Shown here: positions 11,517 to 24,043 of the stretch, piece after piece
Layout: the number at the start of each line of letters is the position of its first letter
How positions within the stretch are numbered: position 1 is the stretch's first letter
DNA from: Phoronis australis
Lineage: Eukaryota > Animalia > Phoronida
NCBI GenBank assembly: GCA_002633005.1
Contig: NMRA01000606.1
Coordinates: 172,534 to 204,701, forward strand
DNA: 32,168 bases
Reading direction: 5' to 3'
Notes under the pieces: model-generated
The model's input: the letters and a program-made list of their open reading frames with translations, nothing else
What the model was told of the DNA's origin: nothing
The model's database searches: none
Made by a program: the position numbers and the translations under genes

Positions 11517-12678
11517 CCGTTATAAAGTGGTCCCTTTATCAGAGTCTTCCATCGAAACATGAACCCCAGTGTAAAGCAGATATTCGAAAACAGGCTCCTG
11601 CACCTTCAAAACAGCTAACCAGCTCGAAAAAACATGAACCCCAACCTTTAAAACATGACCCCGCAGATCGCACAGGAATCCCGGACAATTTTCCGAGACC
11701 CGCGCCGTTGTCAGTAGCCTCAAACTTAGAGTTAAAGCATTTTCAAGTACTTTCCAATTGTTTTCTGCATTTGTTTGTTAAAAGATTGTCCATAATAAAA
11801 CGTATTACTAACTTCTATTATATTGACTTTGTTATTTGTTTTTCAAATCGGTGAAACTCGTTCAACTTGTCTGTGAGCGAATTTCAACATAAAAATACTC
11901 TCAACACGCTGTTAACTCGGTGAATATTTAGTTAATTTCAGGTTATTGAATGGTTTGTCCAAACACATTTTCAAAAATGAAAAACAAAAATATTATTTCG
12001 ATTTTCGAGTGCCATTGTCGATTAATTTGTATTGACAAATGTACGCAACCTCGTTGAAGAACAGTGTTGTTTTAAGAACTGGGGGAAAAACCTGGGTAAT
12101 AGGTGACGCCATATTTCACGGTGCCGAAAGCCGACGCAAAAGATCGCACCACAACTTCAACTGCAGAATAACGTAGAACGCCAATCCGTCAAAAGTTGCC
12201 TAAAATTCTCATGTACTAAAACAATATATCACAACAACAATTTAAAATAGGAAGATCATTTTTCATCAATGTTGAACAGAAAGTGCGGTTGTGGAGTTTC
12301 GGTCCCCGGATGTCCTGTCCGATCTCCGGGGTTCTTGTTTTAAAGGTCGGCTTCGTATTTTTTCGGGCACGTTAGCTGATTTGAGGGTGCAGGAGTCTGT
12401 TTTCGACTCAGAGATATCTGTTTTCACCGGGGTTCATGTTTCGAAGGAACTCCCTGTTTATATCTTGCTTCGAATTTTCTCGGCTCGGGAACAGCTTTGT
12501 GCTGAGAAATAACAAGGAATATGAGCAAAGAATAATTTGAGGTCAGGGATTGGTAGCATAAAACTAATACGCACTGTTCAACATTGTCAATTCGACGCAT
12601 CTGATGCAACACTATTGTTTCTGTTCAGCGGTAGATCGGCTCCATGCCGGCAAGCGGACCGGCCGGATTTTATAACGG
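11517..12678. mobile_element. Old foldback/MITE element, Tc1/mariner-pogo-like ends
   Basis: TA|CCGTTATAAA ... TTTATAACGG|TA. Diverged internal inverted arms at ~11545-11685 vs ~12305-12455. Confidence 0.65.
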
Positions 12679-14280
12679 TAAGTGGCCTAAATCAAAAGTT
12701 AAGTTACAAAATTAAGGTGAACTCTAAAATTTCAAGTACAGTAACAAATCAGCCTCAAGTCTACGGGTCAACTTCGAGAACTCGGCTAGGGGAAATGTTT
12801 TTGTTCTTTTTTCGTTTCCAATTTTAATGAGCCCGTTAGTCCGAGTTTATCAATTTTAGTCCCTCAATGAAATTATTTTTACGCGGGGGCACTCCCTGCC
12901 TTAAGTTTCCACCACTTGTAGGCCTATTTTCCCCACCAATTCCCAGGCGACAACCGTCACCCTGATGATACCCGTCTCAACATTACAACACCCCATGTTC
13001 CCTCACCTTGTTACCCCCAGACCCATGTTTCTATGACCCATTAATTCAATTTTGTGTGACACTAGGTGCATGGCCCAATATGAAGAGACAGGGCTTGGAA
13101 TGACCAATGACAAAACAAGAGGAAAAATTTCCAGGTGGCGTATCGTTCCACAAATCGGCTGGTGCGACAGAAAAAAAAATTATGTTGTAAAATTTAACTG
13201 AATTAAACATTATTGCATGAAATCAAATAAGAGGAGATCGAAACCAAAAAGCCAGAGGAAATTCTCTTAAAAGAGGAAAATTCCAAGTCCTGAACAGAAC
13301 AAAAACAACATTTCAGAGAAAAATGTATCAGTTCGCACGCTTGTGCTTATTCTATATAACACTTGTGTCGCTTATGAATGCTTGGCGAAGCTTATAGCAA
13401 GGAGTGTACGAGTATAGGAGAGTTCACTCCGCCATTTTACCATTCGCCGCAATGGTTACCGGTCGAAACACTAGCGCCCCAAGCGGTGAATAATCAACAC
13501 TTAGTTAGGAGCCCAGTCCGAACAGTGTAAACACTGATAAATTCATAATTTAACGACATTCAACGTGCAATAAAATTAATGTGTGATTGAAAATGGTTAG
13601 AATACATAAATTAACATCCACTTATAATCGAATGAGAACGAAATTGTGTATTTTAATCAATATTAAAGTGTACTTGTTTTTATTGTCTTGAAGCTACCGG
13701 ACTTCAAAATTCATCATGGTTTTGTTTCATGTTTGAGTTCTTAACAAGGTAATTATCGTTAATTATAACAGTTCTTACCTCCATGGACTACATAATTTGA
13801 ATGATTGCTCCTGGGGGCTCAGAGGGGAATTCCCCCCAGGTGCCAGCTAAGGAGGTACCAGGTAAAAACCAGGTGGGCGCCAAATGGGAGTTGACCCCCT
13901 TCCAGGGGGGTTACATGGGAGGAGTGCTAAACAAGTAAAAACCAATGGAGTATGCCACATGGGTGTTGAGCCCCTCCCATCGTCACAAATTTTGGTTGCT
14001 CCCCTGACCATCGACAAACATGAAGCTCCCAGCTCGCTGCTGGTTTAATCTCCACCCAAAAATTTCACGTGTTCACTATTCAATGCACCAGGTTAGTACT
14101 AGCAATGAAGACATTTGTTTTGTGCAGTGGGTGTTACACAAGTAAAAAGAAGATAGTTAAGCAATTCATCACTACAACAAAATCGTAATATAATTTTAGA
14201 ACATTCCATTATTTCTTAGACATGCCAGTACAGGGTAAACTCGATCCCACTCTCCCACTATAATCACCAACAGCTACAAG

Positions 14281-14562
14281 CAGTTGCGGATCTAGGATAC
14301 CACGAGGGGAGGGCCACAATATCCTCGGGGAATAGAACAAAGCGCAAATGTATGTTCACGCAGGCAGCCCGGAAGGTGCGGGGGCCTACGATGTATACCC
14401 TCTGTTTAGAAAATCTATAGGTGGACTAAAAAAACCAGAAACGTGTTTTCCCCCCTCGTATTTCCTCACACTTCACGCTCTTTTGTTGGTTCATTTTTCT
14501 TGCGGCAGCCAAAAGGGGGGGGTGGTCGGTGTTGCCCAGGCCCCCCTCTAAATCTGCCTATG
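14281..14562. mobile_element. Same MITE family, copy B, nested in the P-like element
   Basis: Termini CAGTTGCGGATC ... AATCTGCCTATG. Perfect 5-bp flanking direct repeat ACAAG (14276-14280, 14563-14567). Confidence 0.8.
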
Positions 14563-15329
14563 ACAAGACAGTTGCTAATCTGTAGAATTGCTCACAACTT
14601 ACAAAACAAAGTAACATTGAGTATATCATCATTCACAACTAGTCCAAGTTCAAAATGTCATAACAAAAAATTAAGAGGTACTGAACAGCAATCAAAGTAT
14701 TCACTAGCCACACAGATTCATACAAAACTGAATTGAAAAGACTTGGATGATAGAACCAAAATTCAATTTTATATAACCACTGTTCCTATTATCAAAAACA
14801 GTAAATATTTCAGGTAAGTTAAAGCCAAGATCATATCTGTTACCTAGCCACAACTGAGGCTTAAATTAATCACAATCTCCAAAAACGTACTAAATAGGCA
14901 ACACATACATGTATGCACCAATACAACAAGAAAATCTGACCAACCTTGTCACTCTCTATTAATTCACTAGTAAACAACAGCACATTTCGCCAAACAAATG
15001 CGTTATAAATAAAGCTGAAAACTTAATTTACTCACAGAGGTGTTTGTCATCGAGAAGCAAAATGATACGGATAGCTTGGGTTGAAAAAAATTTCAGCCCA
15101 CCATTCAGACTCTGAAAGATCTATCAGTTTTACCGTCTCACTCCAAATCACACGCTAACCATTCATAAAATGTTTCAATCTGATCAACCTTAGTAAAATA
15201 CGAAAACCAGATTTTGCAGACTAATTGTCCTTTCTACACGTGATGTTCCAGTACTTGCTTTGTGAGACGATAATCAGAAATGCAAAAAAGCCTATTCCAG
15301 AGCTGTAATATAATTTCTGGAGAACTTTT

Positions 15330-16292
15330 TGACCCTGGCAGCTTCATTTTTGGTGGATTCAGGATATCAAATATTGTCCGGGCACTGCAGTCAATACCAG
15401 CTTGTTCTTCATTCATGAACATGGACTCCTCGAAGTGATGAGAGCATAACTTGTGGTTCTTGGACAAATAGGTTGCATCTCTATTCATAAATTCAGCTCC
15501 TAGCGCTTGCACCTGAACAAAAATCAATGACTGAGAGACTCAGGAACAAACCTCATACTCACTAGGTTCACAGAAGACTGGTAGCCTACACTAAAGTACA
15601 CTACACTACAGAATTCCTGTCGTACTGTGATTGTGATAGAGACAAAAGCGTTTTGGTGTCAACTGAAAAAACTCGGACTCAAATGTTGATCCACGGATAT
15701 TTTAACAGGGCCGCACCTCCGCATCATTGACACACTAAGAATTAAGTTTTCAATGACACACTACTTAACTTAATTGGTCCAACTGGCACATTAAAATTAT
15801 GTTCGGATTTTTCACCTTATCACCGAGACCCACAGATTCGCTAACTTGACTCATGACAGACTTAGTGGCCCTGTGGCTGTGATTGTGCCATGGCTGTGTC
15901 ACCAGTCATATTACTCATGGCCATGGGCCTGTTTTCCTAAAATTGTCCCTGCGATCGCACGGGTGACATTTTGATTTGGAATTGATGGACTGCAAGTATC
16001 CAAAAAGCTGACGATCACATCGTACGTTCATCATAGTCCTTCCGCCGGCAGCCCGGCTGTACAGTAGGCCTAGCCTACACTGCAAACAACAGACAGTGGC
16101 AACGGGACTGTGATCGACTTGTCTAATAAACGTGAACAGAACACACAAAATGAAAGCCAATGTATCATGTTATTGAATAACAGATAATCTTTACCTTTCT
16201 GGATCCTTAGGAAACCTAAAATATGACACGTCTGGGGTTTTCGTGGATGAATTCATGAAATTTATCGCACTGCAAAATGCGTCCTTCCCCAT
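15330..16292 (-). pseudogene. Two-exon THAP zinc-finger N-terminus of a transposase, inactivated
   Basis: Exon 1, 16292-16195: MGKDAFCSAINFMNSSTKTPDVSYFRFPKDPE(R), followed by a GTAAAG donor. Exon 2 starts at 15512 after ttttgttcAG: (R)CKR* then, after a frameshift, YLSKNHKLCSHHFEESMF...RTIFDILNPP. The second Cys is now Phe and the conserved Trp is a stop. Confidence 0.85.
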
Positions 16293-17011
16293 TGTTTTGG
16301 CGCTTTCTGGTTGACAGTTGCTTGTTCACCACTTGGCGGCACTAGCAGTAGCGGTAACAGCGAACTCACAAGTGAACTCTCCTATACTACTACACTCCTT
16401 GATTTAACTGATTCAGAAATTCCTAGATGTAGATTGGGTCATGCAAATCGGTCCCAGAAGCAGTGCTGTAGTGGTCAAATTAAAGTAAGTGTGCGCCCAT
16501 CGTATCGCCGTGAGCGCTGAATTTTAAAGCCTAACTTCAACGGAATTTTGTTATTTTAGATGTATAGGGCTAACCATATAGTCCTAGCAAAGCTTTAGTA
16601 AAATAAGAAAACACGAGTTCCACCACGCAAATGTAAGCCCGTCAAATGATAGGTGGAGCTGCCTTTTCGTGTCGTGTTGCGTCACCGAGAGATCCCAGCA
16701 CAAACAACAAAAGGCTCTATTGAGTAGTGGTCTGAATAGAACACCATTTCGTGCAGGTGTTATTCGCAGCTGTTTGAATTAAGAGGTGATTTTCGCGGTG
16801 AAGTAGACAAAAGCAAGCCAATACGCCTAAAAAATCGTTACCCGCCTTTGGCAATTTATGACACTAGTGGGCACAGATCTATGCTGTTAACATACTGTAG
16901 GAACCTAATTTACAGTTGTTACCGTTGAAGATAGGCTTTAAAGTGCACTGAACTCGCACAACCTGACTCACAAACACATAGGCTTATTTTTGGGTATTTA
17001 AATAGAGTCAG

Positions 17012-17220
17012 CAGTGGCGGATCTTGGATGTCGGAGAAAGAGGGTCAAACCACACATATTTTAAGTCAAATTTTCGCGTGCATTCCAAGCGTTCTCTGAA
17101 GAGGGCCAGTGTACAATTACGAAGGAAACTAGGAGCGTAACGCCCAGAAACTGGCGGCGACTTTTAGTCGCCTTGGGGTGTGTCCTTGGGGGCCTTCGCC
17201 ACCCCCTTTATCTACCTATG
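17012..17220. mobile_element. MITE with related termini (CAGTGGCGGATC ... TCTACCTATG) abutting the truncated retrotransposon
   Basis: Same terminal motifs as 10767-11070 but a different interior. Flanks gtcag / gtacg. Confidence 0.55.
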
Positions 17221-17249
17221 GTACGTGTGACACCATAACTGTTGTTGGT

Positions 17250-20175
17250 GTCAGCAAGGATCCTGTTCCCAAGTGGCAGCCACAAGGCGGTGTCATGTCC
17301 GCAGTCACTATTAGAGCACAGGCTAAGAAGAGAAAGAAACCCATTAAGCCTTTGGCGGTGACTCCATCTGAAGTGGAAAGTCTCGATGTCAGCAAGTTGA
17401 GGGACTAGAAACAACATGATCCTTCCCTATGTTAGCTCATGAAACTTGTTGAGAAAGACAAACCAGCAAGAACACGTGGTAGAGGTCAACAATGGTATGA
17501 GAAGCAAAGGGGGTCCTATACCGAGTGTATGCTGATAACACCAAAGAGTTGCGTCAGATAGTTGTCCCTCTCAAATATCGACAACAGGTCATGACGCTAG
17601 CTCACGAGTCGATCGTTGGTGAGCACCTTGGTGTGAAGAAGACCAGTGATAGAATAGCCAGTAACTTTTATTGGCCAGAAGTTGGCAGTGACTTAAATCG
17701 TTTCTGCATATCAGGAAACATCTGCCAGCGAACAACTCCTAAGGGCAGAAGTGTCATTGGGTGAGATGCCTCTTGTGGAAGAGCCGTTCGAGTGCATCGC
17801 TGTTGATTTGATTGGTCCTGTGTCGCCAATCACAGACAGAGGCAACCGGTACATTCTCACCATCGTGGACTATGTCACAAGATATCCAGAGGCAGTACCT
17901 CTACCCATAATAGAAGCTGAGCGAGTCGCGGAAGCACTCTTTGAAACCTTCTGTAGAATTGGCATAAAACGAGAAGTGCTTAGTGACTGTGGTACACAGT
18001 TTACCTCGAATGTACTGAAAGTAGTTGCACGCCTAATATCCTTGAAGCAACTGTTCACAACTCCATACAATTCAATGAATTGTGTGAGCGTATGAACGGT
18101 GTACTGAGGAGTATGCTTAAGAAAATGTGCAAAGAGCGTCCACAAGACTGGGACCGGTTCTTACCAGCAGTACTGTTGGCTTACCGAGAAGTATCACAAT
18201 TTAGCACAGGTTTGTCGCCATTTGAACTGTTGCATTGTAGAACCGTGCGAAGGCCCATGCAGGTGCTTAACGAGTTGTGGACTGGCAATGAAACACCAGA
18301 AGAACAAAATACTTATGAGTATGTCCTAAACCTGCGACATCGTCTAGAAGAGACAAGTGAACTGGTGCGAAAAGACTTACGAAATGCAGGTGAACCATAC
18401 AAACACCATTATGACAAAAAGGCACGAGATCGTCACTTCAAAGTAGGAGACCAAGTCTTAATATTGTTACCAACCAACAGTAACAAGCTGCTATTGCAGT
18501 GGAGGGGTCCCTATGAAGTGACCGAGGTACTCAACAAAATGGACTACCGGTTAAGGGTTAATGGAAAGACCAAGACATACCATGCCAACCTGTTGAAACT
18601 CGTGACCAACGTGGGTCTGCAAGTAAAGATGATACAGATCAGAATTCTTACATCGCAGCCATAGCTGTACTTCAGCCGGAAATGGACAGTGAAGTTGGTG
18701 TTGTCAACGATAAACATCTATTGGAGTTGGGATCGACAAACCAAAAAGAAACATACAAAGATGTCAAGATATCAGACGAGCTCACTACTAGCCAACGAAG
18801 GGAGGTGACAAGTCTGATAGAAGAGTACTCTGACATCTTTAGTGAGGTACTGATTGAGACCATTAGTGAAGAGCCCGTGAGAGTCAAGCCATATCCCCTG
18901 CCATATGCCACACGGTCTGTTGTGCTGGAGGAAGTTGACAACATGTTAAAGGGTGGAGTCATAAAACCACCCGATGCTCCCTACAACTCTCCAGTGGTCT
19001 TAGTGAACAAGAAAGATGGTTCAAATCGATTCTGCATCGATTTTCGTCGACTGAACGTCCTCACCGAGTTCGAGTCGGAACCGACGGGCAATCCCGATGA
19101 CATCGTGACTAAGATCAGTAAAGACCAGTATTTTACAAAGATTGATCTAAGTAAAGGATACCGGAAAGTCATTGTCGCAGAAGAATCACGGCCTAAGACC
19201 TCGTTTGTAGTGTTAAGTGGTTGCTACAAGTTCGCAAAGATGCCTTGACCTTTAACCTCATGATGAGGAAGATGTTGACAGGAGCACATAATACAGAACC
19301 TTATGTGGAGGACATTCTGTGCCATAATAAGACCTGGACTGAACACCTTGCCACCTTGCGAGACACCGAGAGGATGAACTGACGATTCGATCCACCAAAT
19401 GTTCGGTTGAATCTCGTTCCGTCGATATCGTTGGTTATGTGGTCTGTGAAGAGCACCTGGAAATGGATGAAGAAAAGTTGGGACGCATCCGAGAAGCACC
19501 ACGACCCAGAACAAAGGAACAAGTTCGTTCTTTTCTCCGGTTGGGTGGCTACTACAGGAAGTTCATCCCAAACTTCGCTGAAATGGCCGTCCCGCTTACT
19601 GAGCTCACAAAGAAGAGGCAACCTAATACCGTTCAATGGGAGGATGCTCAGCAGCATACGTTCGACACTATTCGAGACCTGCCGACGAGAGCACCCATAC
19701 CGAGATTACCTGATTTCATTCGTTCAAACTGATGCGTCAGATATTGGTATAGGCTGTATTTTATTGCAGGAGTATGATAATAGTAGGTTCCCGGTAGCTA
19801 GTAAGAAATTGTTACCTCGGGAACGGAATTACTCATTCATTGAGAGGGAGTGTTTGGCTATCGTCTTTGCCATCATAAAATTTTCAAAATACTTGTATGG
19901 TAAAGAATTTATCATTCATACTGACCATCAACACCTGGCTTACATTAAAAAAGTAAGTTAGCCAATGGTCGCATCATGAGGTGGGCCTTGTTTTTGTAAA
20001 ACTATCGATTTAAGGTTGAAGTTACCAAAGACTCAGAGAATGTTGGTGATGATTACCAGAGCAGGTTAGAGTATTGAAGATTCTTGGAAATTGGGTAATA
20101 GCTCTAAGCTTTAATCAATATTTAAGTCTTCCGTGTTGAGAAAATCTTATAAAGTATTTTCTTGAGGAGGGGCTT
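17250..20175 (+). mobile_element. Degenerate Ty3/gypsy LTR retrotransposon pol, Gmr1-type order INT-RT-RH, 5'-truncated
   Basis: Post-protease linker AVTIRAQ. Integrase HHCC region (LAHESIVGEHLGVKKT...FYWP...CQ), DDE core (AVDLIGP, VLSDCGTQF, CERMNG) and WRGPY at ~17550-18600. RT (SPVVLVNKKDGSNRFCIDFRRLN, KIDLSKGY, YVEDI at 19302-19316) from ~18870. RNase H (QTDASDIGIG, ERECLAIV, TDHQ) to ~20077. Purine tract GAGGAGGGG at ~20164. Many frameshifts and stops. No gag, protease or clear LTR pair. Confidence 0.93.
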
Positions 20176-20928
20176 ATTAATCAGAATAAATATTGATTAA
20201 GTAATTAGTAAGAACAGATCCATTTTAAGTTGTCCAAAATTTGTGCATATGTACTTTTAAATCATGGGGTCAAACTTGTTGACATGTACTTTAAAGAGGG
20301 CGCTAGCGCACTTACTCTTCTTTGTAGTTGATTTGGTTTCACTTGTCTAATTAGTGTTTATCATATAATAAATTAATTACTGGATTTAATCATTCTCTCT
20401 CCTTCTACGCACATTCTCAAAGCATAGCTACCTTTTAAACAAACCCACAGTCAATCTCTGACGCACAGGTCCATAACAACCTGCGCTCTCCCGTGAACAC
20501 ACATATATGGGGAAAAACGTCACGTGTTCTCATGGCAAACAGGTCGTATATTTTTTATTACAGTGTGCTTTGTAAAGCTATCTACTCAGCAGTCACTACT
20601 TTTTGGTCGAGTACTTTTTAAAGATATTTAGCATAGTGAAGTTTTCAGGCCCGTATCCAGGGGGGCTTCGGGGGTTCGATCGAACCCCATCCCCGCGGAA
20701 AAGGTCCAGCCCTACCAGTCGTTACGTATAGGATATGGATGAGCAACAATATCAACGAAATTGTTGTGAGTTATTACTGGTGCTACTAACTACAATAATA
20801 ACCAAGTTGCTAATAATTTCAAATTTGGATTTGAATCCAATCACTAAGGCCGTACCCAGCCAACTTCGCCAAGTGGCCATGTGTTTCCGTACCAGATGAC
20901 AGGTTCTTGCAGACGACGACGATTAGAG

Positions 20929-21090
20929 GACCATGGGCGGCGCACCATTGGAGGCTATAGCCCCCACCCCCCACTTTTTTCATTAATGCGCCGCCCATGG
21001 TCTATAGGCGGTGCACCACAGGGGGGCAGGGGGGACTTAGCCCCCCCCCACCTTTTTCAGTGCTGCGCCTCCCATAACGACCGATTATGA
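20929..21090. repeat. GC-rich MITE-end cluster with a perfect 16-bp inverted repeat; related sequence inverted at ~29810-29940
   Basis: GACCATGGGCGGCGCA (20929-20944) pairs with TGCGCCGCCCATGGTC (20987-21002). Shared CTATAGCCCCC and CTTAGCCCCC motifs with 29810-29940. Confidence 0.6.
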
Positions 21091-21570
21091 AGTTGAACGC
21101 GCGTGGTCACTACTATAGGGTAACATGAGCCTAGAACTAAATGTTCCAAAAAGTCACTGTGTAAATGGCTGAAAATCGATCAACCAACAAAACAGCAAAA
21201 GATAGGTTTGTTACATGATTTTTCGGTATACTTGCCAGCATATAGTGCAGGCTTTTTTAATTTTCGAATTGAAAGTGATTGTCGAATATGTTATTGATCC
21301 AGTGCACGCTTTGGTTGTGGATTGGTGGATTGCATGTTATGTGCGCGTTTTCATTCTTTTAAATACAGTACACGTAACTGTAATAGGCAGCCCTCTATCG
21401 TTGCTTAACAAACAGACATTTCATTGCTGTTTTCTTGCACTAGCACAATCGTGGTTCGTGAATCTAAAACAATTCATTTTTAAAATAGGGGCAGCATCGG
21501 GGGCACGAAGGCATTTCATTTCAGGTCGTGGCTTTTGAGCCCACTTTCGCATACAGTAAGCAAGAAGCAC

Positions 21571-24005
21571 AAACAGATAATATCTATTAATACCCGGGGG
21601 TTGTTCTCAGTATCATTATTAGGTACGCCACTGCGTCTAAACCGAAATGCGTATTTTTCTATATGGAAGTATAAGTATTACACTTCAGTCTGCAACTTTA
21701 TACACTGTTGGGGTAGTGAATCTTCGAAGTAGTGATCCTTTGGAGAAATGCCTTTGGAGAAGCGGGCTGTTACCATTTCCCGCATCACTATGAGCAGGTT
21801 AAGCAACCTGACAACTATTTCTTCAAGTCATTCTCTGACTAGATTTTTTGTCCGAATATGTGATGGAGTATAATCACTCGTTGTTAAAAGCACACATGGT
21901 TTGAAAGTTTGGCAGAGGGTAGCACTCAGAGAATCCAGCCGAGAAAGAAAACTTTGTGGACCACAATACACGATCCGAATTTGGTCCCGTTTTTTGCGAG
22001 TAACCGTCATGGCATCATCATTTCCTAGAATAGATTAGGCCTAAGAACTCCGTCTTACGTCAGGAAAATGGAGCCTGCAAGAGTCATCGTGTACACGGAT
22101 TTCCCTTCTGCCGTGTTTAGCTCATAGTACCTAACGGCGCTACATACAAAATGGCGAAATATGATCAAAAGAGTCACCGCTTTCGAAATTCGAACCACCT
22201 TTAGCGCAATGCTGGCTACGGGCCTGTGGGTGTTCATCCATCGGTTCTTTACCACCAACAAAATGTTTGGAGTACAGTAAGGTGTCCTCCATGACCTTTT
22301 CGATCCCAAAGTACTCTCTCCCGCTGCGAGAAATCCATAGTTTGCACTTGTCAAGGTAGGTAATTACATCGTCTTGAATGCCGCAGGCATACAGGGGCGA
22401 AAGTACACCCCAATAAAAAGTTACTCATCTCAAAAACAGCGAATAAAATCGAATGAAACATACAGTATATAAACACACGGGGTTGCTATTAACACATACC
22501 ATGAATCTGGAGACAATTCAGTCAACGTGATATGAACATATTCATAAAACAGAAACAGAAATAAGTACGAGAAGAATGATATCTTTATTTTAAACAATGA
22601 CCAAAAATGTTTCCTGCTTCATGAATGACAGCAACAACGGCAGCCAATCATTGCGCAGAACATATTTCCTCTAACCAAGTCTCCGACCCCGCTGGTTCCC
22701 TGCGTGTCCGCTAGGCGGTGGGGGACACGCAGTTATCACATCTGTAGCGCGCGTTTTATAACTGGTTGATGTAACCTCGGCAGTCATTGGTTAGGTTTAA
22801 ACCAAAAAAAAGAAAATGGCGGACTGTGAACTATTTGGCCCTGTCATGCGAATGGCGTGGCAGCAAATATTTCGTTTCCGTCAGCGGCAATAATTAATCG
22901 CCACATGCTTGAAGCAAATAACATGGACACATATCTGGCAGATTTAACCGAAAGACAGGCTTTACAATTCACATTTCTTCAACATATACCAACTAACCAC
23001 CGACTTGTTTATACAACAGACCACATGTACACTCCTTCCAGCAGTCATGCCAGTTTGTTTACGTAAAGCGCTACCTACTGAGAATTCGGTCAGCCAATCA
23101 AAAACGCCAGTGTAAAAACATTTCCCGAGAAAAAAATTAAATGATACCTGCGTGTTCTTTTACTTCTCTANAAACAGATAATATTTATTAATACCCGGGC
23201 GTTGTTCTTTAATGCCGCAGGCATACAGGGGCGAAAGTACACCCCAATAAAAAGTTACTCATCTCAAAAACAGCGAATAAAATCGAATGAAACATACAGT
23301 ATATAAACACACGGGGTTGCTATTAACACTTACCATGAATCTGGAGACAATTCAGTCAACGTGATATGAACATATTCATAAAACAGAAACAAAAATAAGT
23401 ACGAGAAGAATGATGTCTTTATTTTAAACAATGACCAAAAATGTTTCCTGCTTCATGAATGACAGCAACAACGGCAGCCAATCATTGCGCAGAACATATT
23501 TCCTCTAACCAAGTCTCCGACCCCGCTGGTTCCCTGCGTGTCCGCTAGGCGGTGGGGGACACGCAGTTATCACATCTGTAGCGCGCGTTTTATAACTGGT
23601 TGATGTAACCTCGGCAGTCATTGGTTAGGTTTAAACCAAAAAAAAAGAAAATGGCGGACTGTGAACTATTTGGCCCTGTCATGCGAATGGCGTGACAGCA
23701 AATATTTCGTTTCCGTCAGCGGCAATAATTAATCGCCACGTGCTTGAAGCAAATAACATGGACACATATCTGGCAGATTTAACCGAAAGACAGGCTTTAC
23801 GATTCACATTTCTTCAACATATACCAACTAACCACCGACTTGTCTATACAACAGACCACATGTACACTCCTTCCAGCAGTCATGCCAGTTTGTTTACGTA
23901 AAGCGCTACCTACTGAGAATTCGATCAGCCAATCAAAAACGCCAGTGTAAAAACATTTCCCGAGAAAAAAATTAAATGATACCTGCGTGTTCTCTTACTT
24001 CTCTA
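21571..24005. repeat. Local direct duplication across the N at 23171 (21571-23170 vs 23172-24005), probably uncollapsed haplotypes
   Basis: Near-identical ~800 bp. The second copy starts right after the single N and lacks 21608-22374. Confidence 0.9.
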
Positions 24006-24043
24006 TCCCCTAGCAAACACGCAGGGAACCAGGGAGTCTCGGA
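23515..24043. mobile_element. MITE with CTGGTTCCCTGCGTGT..GCTAGG inverted ends
   Basis: 23525-23549 pairs with 24009-24032. The same end motif occurs at 22691-22715 and alone at 7429-7452. Confidence 0.6.

Larger units (their letters stand above)
13398..16401 (-). mobile_element. Non-autonomous P-superfamily-like DNA transposon carrying THAP pseudo-exons (copy 2, both ends present)
   Basis: 31-bp TIRs: CAAGGAGTGTACGAGTATAGGAGAGTTCACT (13398-13428) vs reverse complement at 16371-16401, 2 mismatches. Further subterminal inverted similarity. CAAGG termini plus THAP fit the P superfamily. No catalytic domain seen. Flanks (cttatag / atttaac) do not form a TSD. Confidence 0.8.

Noticed and set aside
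1-16401. 1-889 and 15502-16401 as LTRs of a retroelement carrying the CYP
   Set aside because: The repeat ends in a TIR paired with 13398-13428 and contains THAP exons. No TG...CA ends, PBS or PPT.
20170-20620. 3' LTR of the gypsy element
   Set aside because: No clear TG start after the purine tract and no second copy in the window to define it.
22857-23901. Duplicated 69-aa ORFs (also the 102/115-aa pair at 26983-28522)
   Set aside because: Non-ATG starts, no domains, and they lie inside probable haplotype duplications.
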